Virus record (IMG/VR): IMGVR_UViG_3300044611_001951
Span: 1 to 52,937 of that record
Length of the DNA stretch: 52,937 nucleotides
Source of the DNA: a virus
Lineage: Duplodnaviria; Caudoviricetes
Reading direction: 5' to 3' (one strand)
Positions 45,801 through 52,937 of the stretch are shown one piece after another. How positions within the stretch are numbered: the stretch's first letter is position 1; the number at the start of each line of letters is the position of its first letter. Both the position numbers and the translations under genes were made by a program. The notes under the pieces are model-generated. The model did no database searches and was not told where the DNA came from. It saw nothing but the letters and a program-made list of their open reading frames with translations.

Positions 45801-48800
45801 CGGCGGCCTGGCCGAGCCGCGTCATGACGTCGCTGACGTCGCGCGCGAGATCGAAGAGGTAACCCGAGCCCTTGCGGTAGCGCTCGAAGTCCTGCGGCCC
45901 CTTCATTTCGGCGAAGCGCCCACTCTCGATGGCCCACTGGAGCAGCTTCATGTCGGCCGACGGCGGCGCACGGAACCCGAAGCGCTCGGACAGCGCCGCA
46001 AGTGCATCCTCGCCGCGGGCGCGAAGCATGTCGGAGAACTGTTCGCGCGAGCCGAACACGCGCATCGCCGCGGACTGGATCGTCGCGTTGTTCACGCGGC
46101 CGACGAAGTTGCCGCTCCACATTTGCCCGTAGAGCGCGCCGACCTTGAGCAGCGCCTTGTCGAACGCGGGCGAGATCCACTTCTTCTCGCGCAGTCCGTC
46201 CATGCGGCGCTGCAAGCTGAACGCGCGTTCGAGCGGCGTCTGGCGGAACTCCCACGGCGAGCGGTTGAAAGCGATCCACGGCAGCGCGGCGCCCTGCGGC
46301 GCGTTGAGGCGATGCTCGCCGACGTGCTCCAGGGCGCGCAGCGCCATCTCGTTCTGCGCGTGCGAGCCCAGCGCCGCCGACGCGAGCAGGTCCATGCGGC
46401 CCTTCGCGTCCGTGAGTCCGGCGGCCTTCATCCGCTTGAGAAGCTCAGGCGAGATCGGCTCGGTCCCCTGGCGCGCGTCGGCGTACTCGAACGCCAGCGG
46501 CATCCGCTCGCGGATCTTGCCCTCGGGCAGCGAAGAGAGGATCGCGTCACGCGTCTGCGCCTTGGCGCGCTGCGCGGCCTCCACGGCGAAGGTGAACGCC
46601 TCCAGCGATCCACGCGCCTCGAAGTGCTGGCGGTACGACTCGCCTCCACGCGCCAGCTCGATGACGGCGTTGTGCACGTCCGGGCTGTCGTAGGGGATCT
46701 GCGACTCGAGCGCGCCGTGCAGCTTCATCACGTCGACGGCGGTGCGCACCGAATCGCCGGCCTGCGCGATCTTGATGGCGGGCGTGATCCGTGCGGGCGT
46801 CGGCAATCCGCCGCGCAACTCGTGCGCAACGACCTCGGGCTCGGACAGGCCGACGTACTGCGGCTTGTTGCGGTTGGCGGCGAAGATCGCGCCGCGCTCC
46901 TTGGGGCCGAGCCGCGCGAGCCGAGCCTGGAGCGCCACGTCCTCGCCGATCGGGCCGGCGTCGAAGAGGCCCTCGAGCGCCTTGCGCACGTCGGCGGGAA
47001 TCTCCACGTCGAGCCCGGTCCCACGGATGCGGCGGTAGAGCGAGCGCATCCACTGGCCCATCTGCTCGAACACGCCCTTGAGGCCCGGCGTCGGCGCGCG
47101 GCCCTGGCGGAACCAACGCTCGGCCGCATTGGCCCACTTCTCTTCCGCTCCGCGCGTCCAGTTCCCGCCGGCGGCGCCGGCCCACTTCTCGACCGCCTCC
47201 AGCGCCTTGCCTTGCAGGTCGCGTCGCCAGACGTGCGCGAGCTCGTGCACGATGTCGGAGATACGCGGCTTGTTCAGCGCGTGCAGTACGGCGCGGCCGT
47301 CGTTCAGGAACGTGACCGCGGAGCGCGCACCCTCGGGCGGCGGCAGCGGCGTCGTCGTGTTCGTGAAGCCCGCGATGCGCTGCGCGTACCAGTCCTCGGG
47401 CTTCGCTCCGCGCGACCTCGCCCAGACCTCGGCGTGCGCCTCCATGAGCTGCACGGCGGCCTCGGCTTCCTTCGACGGGAGGCCCGCCTTCGTGACGAGC
47501 TGCTCGACCAGCGCCTTGACGCGCTCGTTCCGGTACTCGCTCGGCGGGAACAGCGCCCCCTGGAGCTTGCCGAGCCACGCGCGCTCGACCTCCGGCGTCA
47601 GCGGCTCGACGGGGCGGCGGTCCTCGGGGAACCCGATTCTCTGCTGGCCTCGGCTGTAGGCGTTGGGGTCGGAGAAGAGGCTGGGGCCGGTCGGCTGAGC
47701 AGGAGCTTGAGGCCCTGCGCCACTGTCGCCAAAAAGACGGCCCTGTTGCGCGAGGGCTTCGAGTTCGCGGAGGGCGGATTCGGCGATCCGCTTGCGCTCG
47801 CCGGGGAGCTTGCCGAGTTCATCTGCGTGTCGGTTGAGGAGTTCATTGATGAGTGTCCCGCGTTTGCCTGCCTGCATCTCGATTGCCGAGAGCAAGGCTC
47901 CTTGGTCGTTCGCCAGCGTGCGCGCCGTCTCCGCGTCGAGCTCGCCGATGTTCTTCTCGCGCGCCACGTCGGCGTTCTTGGCGAGCGCCTTCATGGCGCT
48001 GGCGAGGCGCTTCACCTGCGGCCGGAGCTCGCTGACGATTTCCGTGCGCAGCTCGAGCATGGTTTTCACGTCGGAGCCGCCGAACAGGTCGGTCTGGCGT
48101 CCCGCGAAAACGTCCTCCGTGGCGACGCCGCGCGCGATGCTCTCGGCCATCTCGACGTTCTTCGCCGTGCGCTGGATCATCTGCGCCGCGGCAAGCTGAC
48201 GGGCCTCGTCGCCGCGCGGCACGAACCGCCCGATCTCGGCCGCAAAGTTCGCCGGGATCTGTTCGTTCACGACCTGCGCGAACACGGGATCAGAGAGCTG
48301 CGAGAGGCCGATCGCCTGCTTGGCGAAGGCGCCGCGCGCCCCAAGCTGCTCGACCTGCTCGGCCGTCCATCCCAGGTCTCGGATGACCTTCGCCACGTCG
48401 AGCGCCTTGCCGGTTCCGGCCCGCGTGTTGAGGATCGCGCCGAGCGCGCGCGCCTGGCCCGCCGTGATGCCGTCCGACTCGCGCACGACAAAGGCGTTCA
48501 GTTCGATCGGCTCGCCGCCCTGGCTGAGCCGCTTGGCTGCGTTCGTGCGCTGGTGCCCGTCGACGACCACGCGCTCACCGCTTGCGCGTTCGTAGACGAG
48601 GACCGTGCCTGCGGAGATTTCCGACCACTCGTCGCGGGACTTGAGCTTGCTGAGCGCGCCCTCGGGATCGCGGCCCGTCTTGGGGTCCGTGCCCGACTTG
48701 TACTGCATCTCCTCGGGGGCGAGCACGAGCTCGGTGGCGGGGATGCGCTCGAGCTCGGCGACGCGCTCGATGGAGCGCATGAGGTCCGGCCCCTCGCCTG

Positions 48801-50934
48801 CGACCTGGCGCGGCTCGCGTGCGCGCGGCGCCGGAGCCTGGACTCCAAGGCGTCCCAGCGCGGCCTCCGGGTTGCTGAGGATGTCGCCAGCGAGAGCCTC
48901 GGCCCATTCCGCTTGCGAGAAGCCCTGCGGCGCGCGCGCGGCGGGCTCGCCCTGGCTCTCGGGTCGAACCGCGCCCGGCGCTGCGCCAGGCCCTCCTGCG
49001 GGCTCCAGCGGGCCAGGGTCCGGGAACGCCGCCGGACCGGCCGGGGGCTCGGTGTCGGGCGGCCGCTGCTGACGCGGGCCGTTGAGCGACTCGGCGCGAG
49101 CCTCCCAGCCCGCCATGAGCGCGTCGCGCTCGTAGGGCGTCTCGAAGGTCTGGTAGTCGGCCCACTCCTTCGGCGACGCCTTGCGGTACTCGTCGAACGC
49201 CTTGCGGAACGCCTCAACGTTCTCGTAGTTGCGTGGCTGCGCGATCTCGCGCGTGTAGGTGGCGATCTGCTTGTCGATCTGCGCTCGAGCTGCGGGCGGG
49301 GCCTTCTCCCACTCCTTGCCCCACTGGAACTTGTGGGCGTAGCCCGTGGCGAGGACGTGGCCGGCAAACGCGACCGCGCCGCCGATGGCCTCGGGGCTCG
49401 TGAGCCCGTCGATCATGCGCTTGGTCTTTTCCCACGGGTGCAGGTCGTCGTAGCCGGGGCTCGCAATCGCGCTGTGGTACGCGCCGAACACGATGCCGAG
49501 CGCGGCCGAGTCCATCGTGTTCTCGACCATCTTCGCGGCTTCGGTGCTCCAGCCTTGCCGCGCCAGCGTCTCGCGCAGCCCGCGCCCGCCCGCCGACAGC
49601 GCCGCCACGCGAGCCGTCATCTCGTCGACGCCCAGGGGCATCCCGATCTTGGGATCGGCGCCGCGAGCCGTGTGGTAGATCCCCGCCGCAGCGCGACCGA
49701 GCGGGCCAAGCTTCGACGCCGCGCGCCCCGTCACCGGGTCGTACTCGCCAGCGAGCTTGCGCATGAGGTTCGAGCGCACCAGGCGCACGACCTGGCTAGC
49801 GCCGGCCATCACGGCGCCGTCCTTCGCGCCCGTGAGTGCGCTTCCCGCCAGGTCCGAAGCGGAACCGATGCGCCCGTAGACGGCATCGTTCATCACCTGG
49901 TAGCCCACGAAGTCGCGGATGGTCTGGAAGCCCTGCGCGAACGGCGTCGCCGTCACAGCGCCGGCCGCGTCCGTGCGCGTCACGTTCTCGGCGGCCTTGA
50001 GCGTCTCGCCGACGTTCGAGCCCAACGCGCCAGTCACGCGCAGCGCCCCGGCCTTCGCCAGTGTCCCGGCCGCCTTGAGGTAGCCGCCCGTCGCCGCGAA
50101 GTCGGCCAGGAACCCAGCCGTGCGAACGATGTGCCCGCCGATGCCGATGTCGAGCGCGCCCTCGGCGTTCGCCTGCGCGAGCACCTCCTGCATGGCGCGG
50201 AGCTCCACCGGGTCCTGGAGCAGCGCGTAGGCTTCCTCGCGGTCGGCCGCGCTCAGCGCCGAGTCCCCGTCCGGCGAGAACGACGGCAGCGTCGCAAACG
50301 GCATGTCGGGGTCGGCCGTCGGCACGTCGAAGATCGGCGTCGTGTCCTCCCACGCGCCATCGCCGAGCGCCCACTCCGCGGTGCGCAGCACGGCCTCGCC
50401 AGCCTTCGCCATCGTCGAGATCGAGCCGAGCGGGATGCCCGTCGTCGGCAGTTCGCCGCGGTAGGCGCGCACCAGGCGCTCCTTGAAGGGCTCGTACTTC
50501 TCGACCGGGATACGCACCGGCACGCCGCCAGCGTCTACGTACAGCCCGCCGTCGGGGCCGCGGTAGCTCTCGCGGCGCGAGCGCCCCAGGAGATCCACGC
50601 GCCGCTCGCCCTCGTAGGCGCTCGAGTCCAGGTCGAAGTCGCCGAACTCAGGCGCAAGCTGCACCTGCGGAACCGGCACCATTTCGCCGCGGTTGCGCGC
50701 GTCGTAGTAGCCCTGGAACTGCTGACGTACCTGTCGCGCTTGCACGCCGACCGCATCCGGTCGCATCGCAGCGGCTTCCAGCCTGCGCGAGAGTTGCAGC
50801 CCTGCGGGGCCAGCCTCCGGCACGCCGCGCTCGTGGTCCTGAATGGCGAGGCTCAGCGCCTCAACCAGCTTGCGTCCGGTTCGTCGATTACCGGCGTCCG
50901 CGCCGCTTTGCGCGATCCCGTTGGGCTCGTTCAT
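42805..50934 (-). CDS. Large polyvalent/ejection-type virion protein with ParB-like and zincin-like (HExxH) domains
   Basis: 2709 aa. ParB-like segment MQYK…W…AG…VVVDGHQR. IVHELAHVW…EEKWANAAERW…G.AP…L..VF…W…Y metallopeptidase-like segment. Last of three ejection-like genes. Confidence 0.8.
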   Translation of the reverse strand: MNEPNGIAQSGADAGNRRTGRKLVEALSLAIQDHERGVPEAGPAGLQLSRRLEAAAMRPDAVGVQARQVRQQFQGYYDARNRGEMVPVPQVQLAPEFGDFDLDSSAYEGERRVDLLGRSRRESYRGPDGGLYVDAGGVPVRIPVEKYEPFKERLVRAYRGELPTTGIPLGSISTMAKAGEAVLRTAEWALGDGAWEDTTPIFDVPTADPDMPFATLPSFSPDGDSALSAADREEAYALLQDPVELRAMQEVLAQANAEGALDIGIGGHIVRTAGFLADFAATGGYLKAAGTLAKAGALRVTGALGSNVGETLKAAENVTRTDAAGAVTATPFAQGFQTIRDFVGYQVMNDAVYGRIGSASDLAGSALTGAKDGAVMAGASQVVRLVRSNLMRKLAGEYDPVTGRAASKLGPLGRAAAGIYHTARGADPKIGMPLGVDEMTARVAALSAGGRGLRETLARQGWSTEAAKMVENTMDSAALGIVFGAYHSAIASPGYDDLHPWEKTKRMIDGLTSPEAIGGAVAFAGHVLATGYAHKFQWGKEWEKAPPAARAQIDKQIATYTREIAQPRNYENVEAFRKAFDEYRKASPKEWADYQTFETPYERDALMAGWEARAESLNGPRQQRPPDTEPPAGPAAFPDPGPLEPAGGPGAAPGAVRPESQGEPAARAPQGFSQAEWAEALAGDILSNPEAALGRLGVQAPAPRAREPRQVAGEGPDLMRSIERVAELERIPATELVLAPEEMQYKSGTDPKTGRDPEGALSKLKSRDEWSEISAGTVLVYERASGERVVVDGHQRTNAAKRLSQGGEPIELNAFVVRESDGITAGQARALGAILNTRAGTGKALDVAKVIRDLGWTAEQVEQLGARGAFAKQAIGLSQLSDPVFAQVVNEQIPANFAAEIGRFVPRGDEARQLAAAQMIQRTAKNVEMAESIARGVATEDVFAGRQTDLFGGSDVKTMLELRTEIVSELRPQVKRLASAMKALAKNADVAREKNIGELDAETARTLANDQGALLSAIEMQAGKRGTLINELLNRHADELGKLPGERKRIAESALRELEALAQQGRLFGDSGAGPQAPAQPTGPSLFSDPNAYSRGQQRIGFPEDRRPVEPLTPEVERAWLGKLQGALFPPSEYRNERVKALVEQLVTKAGLPSKEAEAAVQLMEAHAEVWARSRGAKPEDWYAQRIAGFTNTTTPLPPPEGARSAVTFLNDGRAVLHALNKPRISDIVHELAHVWRRDLQGKALEAVEKWAGAAGGNWTRGAEEKWANAAERWFRQGRAPTPGLKGVFEQMGQWMRSLYRRIRGTGLDVEIPADVRKALEGLFDAGPIGEDVALQARLARLGPKERGAIFAANRNKPQYVGLSEPEVVAHELRGGLPTPARITPAIKIAQAGDSVRTAVDVMKLHGALESQIPYDSPDVHNAVIELARGGESYRQHFEARGSLEAFTFAVEAAQRAKAQTRDAILSSLPEGKIRERMPLAFEYADARQGTEPISPELLKRMKAAGLTDAKGRMDLLASAALGSHAQNEMALRALEHVGEHRLNAPQGAALPWIAFNRSPWEFRQTPLERAFSLQRRMDGLREKKWISPAFDKALLKVGALYGQMWSGNFVGRVNNATIQSAAMRVFGSREQFSDMLRARGEDALAALSERFGFRAPPSADMKLLQWAIESGRFAEMKGPQDFERYRKGSGYLFDLARDVSDVMTRLGQAAARFGYLDPKQIEKNAGRYVPHLYLSLENQDIVKELREGRLPSFAGRNMARGPESKDGITRVQIEDPFVWLSVVTHQEAKAIQYLGVLQDLKNGGYAITERQWSKLDPYSQNVYEPVTLEVVGASPSEANLSNGPARAQSIVMGNLLKEQLDPASGRPKSKQVTDTLLAYLGLDQDMKPSQDGKLYLPRQLVWELDGLTRQTFNAPEMDTIVDKAVYAYEQATRGFRRGLTIGRPKHWTLNLTTSVMSNHALNRLPMWDVAKSVLTGRGYFADAQRDIKGLLDLVKTGNLNVKPEKWTNEQWERVQLLQEAFRTLNGTTFTGVGIEASVVTDAMSAAVTPDITTAGLLRDLRNSGVPVESQAAWRVAAVDTVRRMTGGLTEFDRTLAKLGGSHDANERARAMANFTGFYQLWEMAFKWAATLRTIDTQPEAISLEHAVRYAAVGTADYANTSPLMRSFNSSYSSFSNPLFKKAEGEGGRWSRALMREALKGRFWMYTSTMTGPLMASVGAHPIRAAGSAAVMATMAGLLHRLSTQDPEEDASFQEALRGSMARAGTPIIDSATLEAASKIGMVWPNVTGGAMVPHEARSLLNETYKAMLGGSSLIFQAPSRGDETRVSSLEDLAPGWGNWIGAGHALQSAASKSPEQIASSLFDAMSLRAGELSIAMAHGAFGGLKLLTSEGPQAWLDSLKNVRDAASDALPAISPFFLASRDGQRMIEVAALNGQKIEEYARGIVQVDQPDPARNVGELLFSSLWRSQRLVQPQMGGVTEREALEAIVGRLFPESTRSDGPFWDKLKAAQADIHYQMSEVLSGAYDSWLRGGRSMSTFDAWLLPQMFSEQGAMQTLIRREPDPEKRQRMSEYFTRFVGSDEWSRVASTSLELARRRAMRPDFFRQAITNAMRDPSGQAMLNWLDREVVRKTPDREAVHDYAAIFFGAVQQPTVGTVRFQQWEQVLRRLYDYGYKPGVLTDDAAAALRRRGIKPELSGGPALNQALLRR

Positions 50935-52606
50935 TGGCTTGCGTCTCGCGCAGAGGTTTCACCGCCGCTTCGGAGATGAGACCCTGCGAGATCGCCAAGG
51001 TAGCGATCCGCTCGAAGTCCGACGAGCCGCGACTCGCGTGCTCCCGCAACTTCTCGCGGATCATCGCGCGGCCCTGCGGCGAGTTGAGCGTCTCGGAGCC
51101 GCCGCCGTTGACGCCGCCCACCAGCTTGTGCAGTTCGTCGACCGGACGCACGACGCGCGCGGCGGGGGCCTGCGGACGCGCCGGAGCCTGCGGCTGCGGG
51201 CGAGCGCCACGCATGGACTGCGGAGCCTCCTGCATCCCGCCGCGCTGCGGTGCGGCCTGCGGTTCAGCTTGCGGGGGAGCCTCGACGGGAGCGGAGCCCG
51301 CGCCGACGCGGCCGAAGTACGCCTGCTCGGCCGCCTGCGGTTCCATCACCGGCTGCGCTTGCTGCGCGCCCGGAGCCGTCGGTTCCTTCATCGTGAGGAA
51401 CGACATCGACGACGCGAGATCGGGCGGCGGCGGGGGCGGCGGCGGGGCCGACGCGGCGCCGGGACCGGACATCCCGGACATCAACGCTTGCCCGGCCTCG
51501 CGCTGCTCCGTTGGAAGCCCGTAGGCAAGCGCGCTTGCGCCCGAGAACGCTGCGCCGAGCCGCTGATCGCCAGCGATGGCGGCCTCGATGCGCGAGCGGA
51601 CGTCAGGCGTGAGATTGCCACCCACGATGCGGCCGCGCCTGGCGTCCCACATGACCGGCACGCCGTTCGTCGACGCGGCCTCGAGGTCGGCCTTGAACGC
51701 CGAGCGATCCGACGCCGAAACCGTGTAGGTCTTACCGAGCGCGTCAAGCGCGCCGGGAGACACGGGAAACACGGGCTCGCCTTGCAGCATGAAGCCGCCA
51801 TCGCCCTGTATCGCGCCGACCGCGCGCATCCGATCCGTCTCGGCCCCAGCGGCGCCCGTTGCCATCTGCTGCTGCTGCTGGACTTGGCCCATGAACGCCT
51901 CGGTCGCGCCAGCCTGGAACCCGTCGCCCGGCTGGAACTGGCCCGGACCCGGAGGCCCGACCTGCGGCCCCTGCATCGACTGGAGCGTCTGCTGGAACGC
52001 CTGGAACTTCTCGGGGTCGAACCGCCCGAAGGCGTCGACGGGGCTGCCCATCGAAGCTACGAAGCGCGTCGCGGCGTCCCGGCCCGCGCGAATCTGGCGC
52101 TGGTAGCTGTCGTTCTCCCGCGCACGCGCCATGTCGTCGGCCATCTTCTGGCGCGACGCCTGGCTATCTGCCTGCATGATGCCGAGCTGCTCGCGCTGGA
52201 GCCCCTCCATCACGCCGCGATAGCGCACGTCCTCGCCGAACTGGCGTTCGTTCAGGCCAAACGCGCGGTCCGCGTTCGCCTGGTCCATCGTGCGGCCTTC
52301 ACGCCGGAACGAGAGATCGGCCCCGAACTCCGTACGTCGCTGCTCGAGCTCCGCGTTCGCGCGCCGATCCGCCGCCGCCTGCCGGATCTGCTCGAGCGTG
52401 CTCTGCGCTTCGATCTCGCGGAGCTGCTCGTCCTTGCGCTGCCGGATCTGGAGGCCGAACTGCAAGCCCTGCACGGCCTGCGCGACGGCTCCCTGGATCG
52501 CCGCAAGCTGCGACTCGGCCGCACGCGACTGCGCGCCGATCAACGACGACATCGCGCCGCCGGTGTCCTGCGGGTTGGGAGCGCCGAAGAGTTGCGGAGT
52601 CGCCAT
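50888..52606 (-). CDS. Putative DNA-ejection/internal virion protein (572 aa)
   Basis: Gln/Ala/Gly-rich coiled-coil N-terminus and Pro-rich linker, between the small and giant ejection-like genes. Confidence 0.7.
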   Translation of the reverse strand: MATPQLFGAPNPQDTGGAMSSLIGAQSRAAESQLAAIQGAVAQAVQGLQFGLQIRQRKDEQLREIEAQSTLEQIRQAAADRRANAELEQRRTEFGADLSFRREGRTMDQANADRAFGLNERQFGEDVRYRGVMEGLQREQLGIMQADSQASRQKMADDMARARENDSYQRQIRAGRDAATRFVASMGSPVDAFGRFDPEKFQAFQQTLQSMQGPQVGPPGPGQFQPGDGFQAGATEAFMGQVQQQQQMATGAAGAETDRMRAVGAIQGDGGFMLQGEPVFPVSPGALDALGKTYTVSASDRSAFKADLEAASTNGVPVMWDARRGRIVGGNLTPDVRSRIEAAIAGDQRLGAAFSGASALAYGLPTEQREAGQALMSGMSGPGAASAPPPPPPPPDLASSMSFLTMKEPTAPGAQQAQPVMEPQAAEQAYFGRVGAGSAPVEAPPQAEPQAAPQRGGMQEAPQSMRGARPQPQAPARPQAPAARVVRPVDELHKLVGGVNGGGSETLNSPQGRAMIREKLREHASRGSSDFERIATLAISQGLISEAAVKPLRETQANERAQRDRAKRRGRR

Positions 52607-52636
52607 GACGGATCAGGAGAAGAGGTTGCCGAATCC

Positions 52637-52804
52637 CTACGCTGCGCCGCCCGCGCCAAGCAGGCCGCCCGCCAGCGAAGCGAAGCCGCCGATCCCGGCC
52701 GCCTTGCTCGACGCCTTCGCCGCCTTGTCGGCCGCCCACTTCTGCATCCCCACCGAGTCGTAGTACGCCTCGATCTGGTTGAGCGCGTTGAGCACCTGCG
52801 CCGA
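52637..52804 (-). CDS. 3' part of the junction-spanning ejection-like protein
   Basis: In frame with 444-1, ends …LAGGLLGAGGAA-TAG. Confidence 0.75.
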   Translation of the reverse strand, partial: SAQVLNALNQIEAYYDSVGMQKWAADKAAKASSKAAGIGGFASLAGGLLGAGGAA

Positions 52805-52928
52805 AAGGTCCATCTGGCCCTGCGCCATCTGGCCGCGCGCACCAGCGGCGAGCCCGCCAAGCTGCCCCGCGAACTGCATGTTCGCCTGCGGCGTGAAACG
52901 CCCGATGGCCGCCGCCGGGTTCACGCCG
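52805..52928. repeat. Terminal direct repeat, copy 2
   Basis: Identical to 1-124. Confidence 0.95.
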
Positions 52929-52937
52929 CAGGCGAAC

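Noticed and set aside
44497-50979. Very long antisense or alternative-frame ORFs (e.g. 2160 aa here, 1285 aa at 4263-8120, 965 aa at 14914-17811, 719 aa at 29674-31833)
   Set aside because: Shadow ORFs expected opposite GC3-rich genes. They are Arg/Ala/Gly-rich with no motifs.
464-52637. Genome-wide stop-codon reassignment (TAG or TGA)
   Set aside because: Large genes are uninterrupted in code 11, and both TAG and TGA end many genes at coupled junctions. Only isolated sites look recoded.
52920-52937. Last 18 nt (TTCACGCCGCAGGCGAAC) are the reverse complement of a segment about 25-40 nt upstream, and the final 9 nt break the terminal repeat
   Set aside because: Most simply a fold-back or chimeric read end at the contig tip. 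The copy at 1-444 continues the gene normally, so this is not evidence of a hairpin telomere.

Overview
A GC-rich (roughly 70% by eye), apparently complete circular or circularly permuted tailed-phage genome of about 52,804 bp. Bases 1-124 recur exactly at 52805-52928, and one gene spans the join. The minus strand carries a podovirus-like virion module: Zn-ribbon/HTH protein, TerL, portal, scaffold, major capsid, adaptor, two large tail/nozzle-like ORFs, three ejection-like proteins (including a 2709-aa protein with ParB-like and HExxH domains), a lipoprotein and an alpha/beta hydrolase. The plus strand carries an O-type replication initiator with internal iterons, an atypical tRNA(CAT), a MoxR-type AAA/VWA pair, YqaJ/RecT, about 20 small coupled genes, a short C5 methyltransferase, a RuvC-like resolvase, a second lipoprotein and an HNH protein. 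I recognise no integrase, repressor, DNA polymerase or endolysin. Best leads: (1) a probable phage selenoprotein (in-frame UGA in CDYTGWG-U-Q followed by a bacterial-SECIS-like hairpin); (2) two H-type pseudoknots with different stem sequences but a shared CAUCCA linker, downstream of the capsid and RecT genes; (3) a CCC-UAG +1 frameshift candidate joining the two tail ORFs; (4) a clustered GTCCA-N5-TGGAC palindromic box. All family calls come from motif reading, not database searches.
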